A DNA stretch of 64,000 bases, taken from assembly GCA_038087875.1 (NCBI GenBank), contig CM075994.1, positions 11,286,001 through 11,350,000 on the forward strand, given 5' to 3'. Under the pieces are notes generated by a model, which was not told where the DNA came from, did not search any database, and saw nothing but the letters and a program-made list of their open reading frames with translations. The position numbers and the translations under genes are program-made. Each line of letters opens with the position of its first letter. Position 1 is the stretch's first letter. Below are positions 47,948 to 60,500 of this stretch, piece by piece. Source of the DNA: Malacoraja senta. Taxonomy: Eukaryota.

Positions 47948-50538
47948 CTAGACTGTGGGATCCTTTGGGTCCCAGGTACACACGGGGGCCTGGTCCCCAA
48001 ACGCAATATTCCACCTCTCCACCAATTCCAATATTGGTTGCCATTTGGGGAGGGAGGTCTTTCTGGCGCGCTAGCATGAGTGTTGTGGGCCGAAGGGACT
48101 GATTTCCAGAGGGCTAGTATGGACATTGTGGGCCGAATGGATTCCTGGGCTGGAAGTTCAGTCACTCAGTCACTCAGGTCTGGCAGTTCAGTCACTCAGG
48201 CCTGGCAGTTCAGTCACTCAGGCCTGGCGGGCTGGCAACTCAGGCCTGGTGGGCTGGCAGCTCATTCACACAGAGCTGGTGGGCTGGCAGCTCACACAGG
48301 GCTGGTGGGCTGGCAGCTCAGAAACTGCCAGAAATTCTGCTCAAAACAGGTGAGAGACTCTGTGAGAGAGAAGAGGGAGAGGGTGGAGAATCAACTTTAG
48401 ACATTTTTCATCAGATCACAGCAATGAAGGAGGAAAGTCTGACCTGGAGTGGATCTCACTGTGAGCCAATGATGCGAGGGAGAAACATACTGGGGTGAGG
48501 TTTAATACTTACAGGGGGAATACTTACTGATGGGCCGAAGGAACTCCTTCTGGGCTAGTACAGGCATGATGTGCCGAATGTACTCTTTAAATAAATCATT
48601 GTGAAATCTCTCTTGAATTTTCCCGGCCTGGCACATGCCATTTGGGCCAAAATACTCCTCCTGGGCTAATACGGTCATTTTCGGCAAAAGGGACTAGTTT
48701 CTGGGCTAATAGGGGCATTGTGGACCGAAATGAGTGGTTTTAGGTTGGCCAAAGGTGGGCAGTCATGTGAGCCACTCACTCGTGGCTGGTGGGCTGGCAA
48801 TTGACTCACGGCTGGCGGGCTCACACACACACCCTCCATCACACACACCTACCCTCCACCTCACACACACAATCCATCACACACACACAGACACCCCCCA
48901 TCACACACACACTCATTCATACATACACACACAGCCACACACACTCACACAATATCCATCACACACTCACAGGCACACTCAGCCACCCTCCATCTCACAC
49001 ACACTGACTCACACACACTCACTCAAACAGACACAACATATATACGACAGTAAAATCTCTTGGATCTTGTCACGCGGCTGAGCGCGGCCTGTCCATCGAG
49101 CGGGACTTCCGAATGAGCGGGACATTTGGATCAACCGGAGTGCAGGGCCAACAAGTCAAGTCAAGTCAAATCAAGTAAAGTCAAGTCAAGTCAAGCACAG
49201 TGAGTGCAGTGCCAACAATCCATTTCAAGTCAAGTCAAGTCAATCCATTTCAAGTCAAGTCAAGTCAATTCATTTCACATCAAGTCCAGTCAAGTCAAGT
49301 CAATCCATTTCAAGTCAAGTCAATTCAAGTCAATCCAAGTCACTCCAAGTCAATCCAAGGCAATCCAAGGCAATCCAAGCCAAGCCAAGTCAAGTCAAGT
49401 AAAGCCAAGCACAGCGCAAGCGGGGCCAACAATACAATCCATTTGCCAACAAAGTCAATCCATTTCAAGTCAAGACAATCCATTTCAAGACAAGTCAAGT
49501 CAAGTCAATCCATTTCAAGTCAAGTCAACTCAATCCATTTCAGGTCAAATCAAGTCAAGTCGTCCAGCCATTTCAAATCAAGTCAAGTCAATCCATTTCA
49601 AGTCAATCCAAGTCAATCCATGACAATCCACGTCAATCCAAGTCAATCCAAGTCGCTCCAAGTCACTCCAATTCTCTCCTAGTCACTCCACGTCACTCCA
49701 AGCCAATCCAAGTCAAGTCAATCCAAGTCAATCCAAGTCAAGTCAAATAAAGTCAAGTCAAGTCAATCCAAGTTAATCCAATCCAATTCAATCCAAGTCA
49801 ATCCAAGTCAATCCAAGTCAATCCAAGTCATCCAAGGCAATTCAAGCCAAGCCAAGTCAAGTCAAGTAAGGCCAAGCCAAACACAGCTCAGGCGGGGACA
49901 ACAATACAATCCATTTGCTTTCATTTCAGGTCAAGCAAAGCAAAGACAAAGCAAAATCAAAAGCACATGGCAGGCGGGGCCAGACAACAATGCAATCAAT
50001 TTGCTTTCATTTCAGGCCAAGCAAAGCAAAGGCAAAGCAAAAGCAAAAGCACAGGGCAGGTCAAACAAGTCATTGCATTTTCATTTCATTTCCATTTCCA
50101 TTGCAGTTTCAAGCACAGGGCAGGCCAAACAACTCATTGCATTTTCACTTTGGGCTAACAAATTATTTATTGCCAATACATTGCAGACTCTCAGTTCAGT
50201 TGAATCACAGCTTAGAATCAGAGTTGGGGACTCTCCCTCACAATTTTCCAGAGTGAGCGACTCACGTCCGGAATCCGGGGCTAAATACTCCCGCCCCCCG
50301 GAAGGGGCGTTGCTTTCACCATGGTGAAAGGACCAATCAGCTAATCTCACGATTTTTTAAACATTCATATTTTTTTATTTTTCAGCGAGCGGAAAAAATC
50401 CTTGGGGCTGCTGCAGCGGAGGAGGACTGTTAGTAAGATGGCAAAAATCATAGCGATATAGTGTACCGTTTTTTCTAAAAATCAATTAACTACTTAGAGA
50501 GGAAATGGTCAAGATGAGACTTTTAGTATAATGACAGA
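47948..50538 (-). mobile_element. Non-autonomous Helitron, duplicate copy with a shorter satellite
   Basis: A|CTAG at 47948, same hairpin, GA|T at 50537-50539; CAAGT array ~49150-50100. Confidence 0.85.
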
Positions 50539-51480
50539 TATTATTAATTCAGATGAATGGATTACAGGTAACATTAGCAAATTTGCACATGACACAAAGC
50601 TGGGTGGCAGTGTGAACTGTGAGGACGATGCTATGAGAATGCAGGGTGACTTGGACAGGTTGGTTGAGTGGGCAGATGGCATGGCAGATGCAGTTTAATT
50701 TGGATAAATAAATTATCCTTCTTTGGTAGCAAAATAGGAAGGCAGATTATTCTCTAAATGTTGTCAAATTGTGAAAACTGGAAGTACAACGGGATCCGGG
50801 GGTCCTTGTTCATCAGTCAATGAAAGTAAGCACGCAGGTGCAGCAGGCAGTGAAGAATGCGAATGGCATGTTGGCCTTCATACAAGAGGAGTCGAGTATA
50901 GGAGCAGATAGGTCCTTCTGCAGTTGTACAGGCCCCTAGTGAGATCACACCTGAGTATTGTGTGAAGTTTTGATCTCCAAATTTGAGGAACGACATTCTT
51001 GCTATTGAGAGAGTGTAGCGTAGGTTCACAGGATTAATTCCCGGGGTGGTGGGACTGTCATATGCTAAGAGAATGGAACGGCTGGGCTTGTATATTCTGG
51101 AATTTAGAAGGGTGAGAGGGGATCTTATTGAAACATATAAGATTATTAAGGGTTTGGACACGCTAGAGGCAGGAAACATATTCCCGATGTTGGGGGACTC
51201 CAGAACCAGGGGGCACTGTTTAAGAATAAGGGGTAAGCAGTTTAGAACGGAGATAAGGAAACAATTATTTCACACAGAGAGTTGTGAGTCTGTGGAAGCC
51301 GATTTTCTGGATACTTTCAACAGAGAGCTAGATAGGGTTCTTAAAGATAGCGGAGTTAGGGGATATGGGGAGAAGGCAGGAACGGGGTACTGATTGTGGA
51401 TGATCAGCCATGATCACATTAAATGGCGTTGCTGGCTCAAAGGGTCGAATGGCCTACTCATGCACCTATTGTCTATTGCC
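50539..51480 (+). mobile_element. CR1 LINE 3' segment (duplicate of 23434-24192)
   Basis: Near-identical sequence, without the internal deletion seen in copy 1. Confidence 0.9.
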
Positions 51481-51960
51481 TAAACAGCCACTTTTTTGTT
51501 ATGTGTTGTGCAATATTTCTGTCACATCTTCAGACTCATTCATAGTCTCGGTAAATTTGATTGTTCGCATAATCATAGATATCTCCTCAGATTTTAATTG
51601 CACATGATACTTGTAAAACATAAGAGAGGGTGCATATTGCAATTTGTTGGTGCAGCTAATGGAGAAAATTCAAAAGAAACCGCATTAAAGCGTTTACAAA
51701 AATATTTAAGCTGATAACCGATGTTTGATGTATTGACGATTTCAACAGCAGAAACATGTCTCTACAGACTACCATTTTAACAGTGATGAAGGGCATGAAA
51801 CAAACAACCTAATTAACGTGATCGTGATTGAATAATACCAATCTCATAGCGTGTTGATTCCACCCTTGAGGTTTCTGTAAAGTATAAGTACGAGCTAACT
51901 TTGAAATCGGGAGATCCGTTAGCCTATTGAACTGACTAGAAAGGCATCTTCCAACTAAAT

Positions 51961-52030
51961 ATGAACAGGCATGCACTCCTGAAGACCGAGAGTATTTACT
52001 ATCCTATTCTTGCAATCATTGGAGTCCCAG
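51961..52030 (+). CDS. GPR139/GPR142-like GPCR paralogue 2, exon 1 (MNRHALLKTESIYYPILAIIGVP)
   Basis: ATG, 70 nt, donor CAG|GTAGGT, phase 1. Confidence 0.88.
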
Positions 52031-55000
52031 GTAGGTGAGCCAGAGAATGGTTTTACAGATGTACGTTGATGTGCTTGACAGACGATATTGAACATCATGG
52101 CAAACATATCTGAAAACATTACAGATTTCTATGAAATTATTATTGCAAACAAAGTGCTGTCAAAAACAAAGTATCGTGCTGATCTCACTTGTGTACTGGA
52201 TCTAAAAATCATGTGGAAAAATGATTGAATTTCTCTGACGGTAAAATTATATATAAACGTTTTATAAGTAATATAATATTCTATATATTTTATATTAGTC
52301 AAGCCCACTGGACACAACAAGCCCTCCTTCTCCACCTCATACACAGTCCACCTGAACAATGGCCGATTCAACGCTTCCAAAGAGGGGTCTGCATATAAAC
52401 GCGATGTTTCAAGCTCTTTCTATTTTCATTCCATGCAGTTGATTTTGCATAGCTTCATTATACGAAGAACAAGTAAACGTACGGCGGCTTGCTGCTGAGC
52501 ATTATCGATCATAACTGATTTTAACTTTAGACTTCGCGGTCGAAATTAAAAAAACAAGGGTTTGATGGATGCTGTTCTCTGTCTTCTGTAACTCTCGCTA
52601 AAGAATGTCAGTCATGTGTGCGAGTCCGTGCGCATGCTATGATCGCAGGTGCCTCATCTGCCTGATAACTTACCGCGAAATAAAACATGCAAGTCGAGGG
52701 ATGCTGTCGGTGAGTTTCCATAAAACATACGTCTTTTTATTTCCATTGTAAGCGCTCAGCTAAATTAGCTCGTGGTTTACTGAGGCTGAGCAACGTGGTT
52801 TCTTTCAAAGCATTGTAACATTTAAATACAAGTTGCACAAAGTGAAACTGTCTAATGGTCCTGATTTGACCTAGATTTGACATCAGGAAAAAGAAAATTC
52901 GCCGTTGCATTTCAGGAAGATTAAATTTTTACATTCAGCAGACATTCAGAAGAAAGGTAAAACACTTGTTGCTTTTAGACACAAAATGCTGGAGTAACTC
53001 AGCGGGACAGGCAGCATTTCTGGAGAAAAGGAATGGGTGACGTTTTGGGTCACCTGTTGCTTTTAGACTGTTTTGCCAGATTTAATCGCTAACATTTTTG
53101 TTCTTATCGCCGAGAGGTGATTAAAGTGTTGAGGATCCATCTGCAAACTGCGATGGGTTGTGTAGCGGAGATTAGGGCATTCTCCATGTTTAGTAGTTTG
53201 GGTCGAGACTACGCCTAATCACTTCCAAGTGCACGCTCTCTCTTTACTCATGATGTTGCTGATCACCAAAAGTGTATTAGATGCGGTTCCTCGACATTAT
53301 TGAGCTGGGATGTCGTATGTTCGCATTTAACCCATCAGACCTACAGCACTCACAGCTCGAGAAATTGCATCGTGTTGCTTCTTTACATGGTTACATATTT
53401 GCATGTGTTCGAGATTATCAAACCGGAATTCAACCTCTCCCTAGAGCCCTTCAACACGTGTTGTCAGACGGCCAACAGGGTTATTCCGGGGATGCGCACG
53501 CAGACCTCTTGCGCATGGGTCTTACATTTATGTTTCCCAATGAATCCGTCTTGCAGGATAGACAACGATCCCACGCATTTAGTGGTTTGCAAACTGCACA
53601 TTTTTAGCAGGAAAATGCTAACCTGTCAGTCAGTACAGCGGGTCGGGATGCACATGTTTTGAAAGCCGATCATGACGGTTGGAGCTGTGAACTTATCGAC
53701 AGGTTGTGCCTCTGCCGTTGAGTTGTGTTGTCCGGTTTTTGTTGGCTCTGGAGCAACGGTCTGCCATCTGTGATTCACTGAATTTCAAAGCGTCAAGACA
53801 CCACCGAGGGGAGCTGGCGGACTGATGCCGGCCTTTCTGTCGTTCACCACCTATCGGAAGCACACGTTTGTTTAGAATTGGAACTGCGTATAGTGAGTAT
53901 GAGCACAATTTGTGTCCGCAACCAATTTAATGCCGTAATGGCAGATAACAAAAGGTAGCGTGACAAAATTATTTGAATATGGTCCTGGTCGACGTGGCGG
54001 TAGTAATTAAAGCAACTGACTACCCTTCCATTTCTCAGTAAGTTTGAATTATTTAGCAGATGCTTCAGATGTTTAAATTAAATCGGTTGTTTTAATGCTG
54101 AAGTGTTTCATTATTTAGTGTGTTAAATCTATTCCAATATTTTCTAGCTTGCCTTGAGCCATTGGAGATATTTCTCAAATAAAACTGGCGATAAATGTTA
54201 AGTATCAAAGGTTATCTGGCTTTTCGAAAGTCTGGACCTCGGTCCATGATATGTGTGCCGAGTTAATGTGTGAATCGCATCCGCCGCACAGCCTATGTAG
54301 CGGATATCAGACGTCAGCCTGCTTGGTCAGTCATATCGGAAATTAATGTGTGTACGTGGACTCTAAGGGGAGAGAAATGGACAGCAGGTTGCCATGAAAA
54401 TGTTAACGATTGCCCCCTGCTAATTTATTACAGTAGAGGAACAGAATGAGGAATGTGAGAAGTGTGTATGCAGAGGGGGCAACAATGTACATGCTGCTGT
54501 GAGCTCTAAATGGCACATTTGCAGATAAGCTGCGAAAATTAAATTGTGTGATTATCAGTGGGGAGGCGCGGTTTCCACGAGATAAACTAAGGTAACATGA
54601 GTGCCAAACACATGACAAATAAAATCTGAAATTAATAAGCATCTCTAAACATCCTTGGTCGACGGGTATCCAGCTGCAAATGGGCTTTGGACTTCAGGCC
54701 AGGCAGGCTCCTATCACGTGGAATTGGTTTTACCGTCTCCACAAGGATAGCCCACAATACTGCTACTGCTCGGAGCTGTGTGCTCAGTCCATGCTCTACT
54801 CCAAATACACCAATGTGTGTTTGACCGCGTACAACGGTAACTCTGTGTTTAAGTATGCCGATGATGCCACTGTTGACGGGCACTTCGACAAGAATGATGA
54901 GACGAAATAGAGGAAGGAAATCCGGTACATAGTGTCATTAAGTCAGGACACTATCTAGCCGTTAACATCTCGGCGACACAGTTGCGTGTGAACTAAAGGA

Positions 55001-55316
55001 AGCGGAGAGGACAAACACCGCCCCATCTCATCTCTATATGTGATCAACATTTCGTGTTATGTGGCATTAATATCACCAACACAATAGCTGGTCCCTTCAC
55101 GGAGATGCGATAACAACAAAGCGCAACAGTGTGTTCACTTTATGAGAAGTCTGAGAATTAAAAGGGGTCCAACCGTAAACCTGTGTAATATAGTTTGTTA
55201 TTCCAAAGTGTTATAGGCAAGAGAAACTCCTACACGCATGACAAATTGAAGCAAATGAATATATATTTCGCGGGTTATTGCTCGTTCGTAATTCAATTTT
55301 CTTCTTTTGGTTGCAG

Positions 55317-56263
55317 CAAATTTGGTGGCAATCCTTATCCTGTCGTCTGGAAAGTGCGGCCTCACTAGATGTGTCATCCAGTATCTGAAATCAATGGCGG
55401 TAGCTGATCTAATGGCACTGGTTTCCAATGTAATACTCTATGAGATTAAAGAGGCATATTTTCCGCATTCATTTCTCAATTACACGCCTATTTGCAGTTT
55501 TGTTATTACACTGAATTATATTTCGCTCGATTGTTCCGTCTGGCTGACTGTCACTTTTACATTCGATCGATTTGTTGCTATATGTTGCCAGTCGTTGCGT
55601 TCAAAATATTGTACCATGAAGACGGCATTGAAAGTAATAACAGCGGTGTTTATGTTGAGTATTTTAGAAAATATTCCAATCTACTTTATATTTGAACCAC
55701 GCGAAGTAATTAATGATGTACCATGGTCCTGTTATGTAAAATCAAGTTTCTACACAGTACCCACCTGGGTCGCGTATTTATGGTTTGAAACACTCTTAAC
55801 CCCATTTGCGCCATTTGTGTTGATTCTTCTGCTTAATACCTTGACCATAAAGCATATTATCATGGCCAACAGAGTCAGGAGCAAGCTCCGAGGGAGTAAT
55901 AGAGAGGCGTGTCAGACTGATCAAGAGACTGAGAACAGAAAGAAATCGATCATTTTACTCGTTGCAATATCTGGCAACTTTATTTTCTTATGGATGGTAA
56001 ACCTTGTGTTCTTCATCTGTGTACAGTTTACAGATTTTCAATTTATGGAAACAGATCACATCGACTCGTTCACCATTGCGGAAAGAAGTGGCTTTATGCT
56101 GAGGTGTTTGAGTACTTGCACAAACACTTTCATTTATGCAGTTTCTCAGAGACACTTCAGAGAGGAACTGAAGAATGTAATTTCACGTCCCTTTCTTGCC
56201 ATTGCTAATATATTCAAACGTTTGAACACAAAACTAACTTTATCCAAATATGTGATCAAGTGA
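55317..56263 (+). CDS. GPR139/GPR142-like GPCR paralogue 2, exon 2 (spliced product 338 aa)
   Basis: Same acceptor, intact frame, about 26 amino acid differences from paralogue 1 in this exon. Confidence 0.9.
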
Positions 56264-57517
56264 TAATTTGCGAGGCACACATATATATCTGTAACATGTA
56301 ATAGGATTTGTCGTGGTACGCCTTTCCACAATTTCTTGGGATAGTATATTTGTTGACATTTACTCATCCCATTTATGACGACAACTTAGTTTGAAGTCCA
56401 TTGTCTATCATCAGAAACAGAAAATCGTTCAAGTCAGTATAATATGGTTTATTATAAACCGGGCGGAATTAAAGACAGACGGAATTTAAAAATAACGTTT
56501 TGTGGCCTGACGGACGCCAAGGGTAACTGAAAATGTAAATGATGTTCCTTCCCACTGAGCTGATGGAAGCTTTTAACAACGATATCATCCAACCTTAAAC
56601 ACAGTTCCTCTTCTTTTTGCATTTCAATTCTGCACGTGCCTCTTATAATTTCATATAACTGTATCAGGTCGTCCCGGTTTTCCCATTTCTCGGCATCCCT
56701 TGCCGCAATGCATTTGCCTTCTTTACCCCCAAATATTTGCTTTCGCAAAATTCCTCACTTCTGACGTCTCGGGATAAAATTCACGTGCAATGTTCCGTCA
56801 AGGTTTCTATCTGTTCGATATTCAGCTGCAGGCTCAGTTAATTTTCCTCGCGGTCCACAACATCCATGTTTTTCCTGTCATCCTCAAACTCACTAATGAT
56901 ATCTCCAACATACGCACCGAATTAGCAATTTTATGAAAAAAAGCAAAGATCCATCACCGATCTAAAGTCCACCGGTGGCCGCATATTTTCTAATGAGATA
57001 ATAAATCTTCCACCACCACCCCGGGGCCTTATCACAAAAATGACAACATTGCATTGATCTCCCTGTGAATTAGACTGCTGGCCTGTTCTACATTGTGAGA
57101 TCTTGACAAATGCCTGAATAAAATCCATTTAGGCATTGTTCACTGCCTTCATCCATATTATTAAATGCCGCAATATTTGTGAAGTGTTCCCACGTACAAT
57201 TACATGCTGACTATACACGATGAGACATTGCTTCAGATTTAACGCTCCTTGGACCATAAGACTTTCAGACATTGGAGCACAATTAAGTTATTCGACCCGT
57301 CGACTCTGCCAGTCGATCATGGCGAATTTTCTTTCCTTCTCAACCGCATTCTCCTTCATTCTCTCGGTAGCTTTGGACGTCCTTACTGATCAAGGGCATT
57401 TGTATCAGTTATCGGTTTATAAAGTACCATATGTTCTGACCTCTACAGCCATTTGTGGCAAAGACTTTCAAATATGCACCGCGTTCTGGCTAAACAATCT
57501 CCTCTTTTGACCACTAT

Positions 57518-60500
57518 AATAGTAAGATTAAACGAGAACTTACCAAGTTTGAAGTTTGATCTTTATTTTATGAGGAGTAACGTTGAGGGATTACGTGAAG
57601 AAGCCCCGTCCAGCTGCACACGCGTCAATCTTTCAAAGCAGCGGAGTGACAATCACAGACGATAATTACTGAAGTATGATAGTAAGATGCATAAAGACTT
57701 AGAACTACCAGCTTGATCCTTTTATGAGGGTGGGAGCGGAGGGCACGTAATCCCCCAACGTTACTCCTCATAAAATAAAGATCAAACTTCAAACTTGTTA
57801 AGTTCTCGTTTAATCTTACTATTTTACTTCGGAGTCACGTGAGTGACTACGTGAAGATTTCAAAGCTCTGTGATTTCACACCGTGGATTCAAATCCAGGT
57901 GTTCACTGCATCGATTGACTCTATTTGAGTAAGCACAATCAACAATGCATAACCACAACATTTGAATGTAATCAGTTAATGGTTTTATTTATTTTAATAA
58001 AAATAACAAAATTAGGCCCATTTATTATAATGGGGGATTTAATACTGTATCCAGCACGGCATTACCAAACCCTCTGAGATCTTTAATCTCCTTGTGGTAA
58101 TACTTGTGAAACATCTGTTCACTTGCCCATCCTGCGGCCACGAGAATAAGGTCTATTAGCACGTCTGAATCCCTGGCCGCTGATGTTGATGCCGCCCTGG
58201 TGGAATGAGATTTAAATTTATCAGTATCAATACCTGAATATCTCAACACCTGTTTCAACCATCGTGAAATTGTTTGTGTTGACACTTTCTTATGAGGCTT
58301 TTTATGACTAATAAAAAATGCCAATTCGGCGCCTCTTAAAACTTTTGTTGTTTCTATGTAACATTTCACATATGTTACTACACACAGTCGTGAATCTGTA
58401 GGATATGCTAAAAATTCCAACTTGCATCCTGTGAACCCAGGTCTACTTTGCTTAAGTAAATCATAGACATAGAATGTCACGGCATTTTGCCCTACTTTTA
58501 TTCTATCAATTCTGAGTTTCTGTAATGTTTGAACTCTCTGCGCTGAAACTAATCCCATGAGCATAACCAATTTCATGGTAATTTTGGATAATGACAGAGT
58601 TTCAACTGGATTACAATTCCTTAGGAACATCAGTACATCTTTTACATTCCAAATTTCTGTATACCTGGGTCTGGGAGGATTAGAGTTGAAAATTCCTTTC
58701 ATAAACCTACAGACCCAAGGATGTGCTCCAATTGGAGTTTGTTCTGATTCACTGCTTAAATATGCAGAGAGTGCACTTCGTGCAGTATTAATTGCACTAT
58801 AACTTAATTTCAATTCATAGTGTAGAGTTGAAAGAAACTCTATTACATCTGAAATTTCTGCTGTGTTATATGCAATATTCTTTCCTGAACAAAACACCTC
58901 CCATTTCTTTATATAGGAAATGTACTGCTTCTGGGTACTATTCCTCCAGGCTGCTGTCATAACATCCACCGTACGGTCTGATAATCTTTTACAAGATATG
59001 GCCTTCTTAGATCTGCAAATCAACAAACCAATACGATTATGTAAAGGATGTGATTCATTAGTCACAGGGTGTACAAGCAGTTTAATCTGCTTTGGAATAA
59101 CCATAAGGGTTTTTTTTTCTTGTTTTTCCCCCCCCATTTTTAACACCAGTGGGTACCATACCTGTGTAGGCCAATCTGGTACTACCAAAATCCCTGAGGC
59201 TGAATCTTGTTTAATTTTCTGTATGCATTTGTGGATTAAACAAAATGGTGGAAAAACATACAGAAACATACCACCCCAATGTAGCGAGAAAGCATCCACC
59301 ACTACTGCTCCAGGATCAGGTTCCCATGACACATACTTAGGCAACTGATGGTTCAATCTTGATGCAAACAGATCAATTTCTGGCATTCCAAATTGTGTGA
59401 TAATTTGTGTGAATATTTTCCGATTTAACATCCATTCTGTATTATCATTAAATTTACGTGATCTTTTGTCTGCAATTGTATTAATTTTTACCTGGTAAAT
59501 ATATTGCTGACAGCTACGTTTTTCTGGCAATACCCCAGGTCCAAATTTCATTTGCCAATTTATCACATGATTTTGATTTTATACCACCCATGTGATTTAT
59601 GTATGCTACAGCTGTAGTAGTGTCAACCTGTACCTGAACATGCACATTTCCCATATCAGTGCAATAAGCTCTAAGGCCGTAAAATGCGCCTAATAGCTCT
59701 AGGTAATTGATTCCCAGTTTTTCCAGCAAAGGTACTTCATTCACATTCCACCTACCTCCACAGCTGGAAATCATGTTAGTAGCGCTCCAACTCAGCGCAC
59801 TTACACCAGTCTGTCGAGTGACGGAAGGTGTTTCTACCAGAACTTTTCTGGAAGCATTAGAAACAATGTTAATCCACCATTCTATTTCTGTAATGGATGG
59901 AATTTGTTAATTTCATGGGCCTATCAAAATGCCCTCTATTCATTTTTAACGCTTGTACCTTAGCTCTCTGTAAACATTGATAATGCAATGGTCCAAACGT
60001 GACCGCTGGAAACCCTGCAATTAATTTGCCTAGCAAGCTTGCCACTTCTCTAATTGAAGGTGTGTCCTCGTTAATGAGTTTTATGCAACCTTCAATTAAC
60101 TGCAGCTTTTTATCTTTTGGCAAAGTGATTACCATGTGTTCGGAGTTAATTGTGAACCCTAGGTAATCAATCTTTTTGCTTGGTAACAATTTAGATTTTT
60201 GTAGGTGAATAATGAAACCTAATTTCTCAAAATGTATTTGACTGGATACTGACAATTTTGCAGCAGCCAAAGTGTCCCCTACAATGAGTATATCATCTAA
60301 ATAAGCCATTAATACATGGCCCTCAGCTCTTAACAGAGCAAAAATTGGTTTGAGCAATTTAGTGAATAATCTTGGTGCTGAAATCAGACCATTGGGCAAT
60401 GCTTTAAATTGCCATAACTGACTCATCCATCTAAATTTCAAATATCTTTGATCATTACCATGCATTGCCACAGAATAATATGCATTTTGCAGATCTATGC

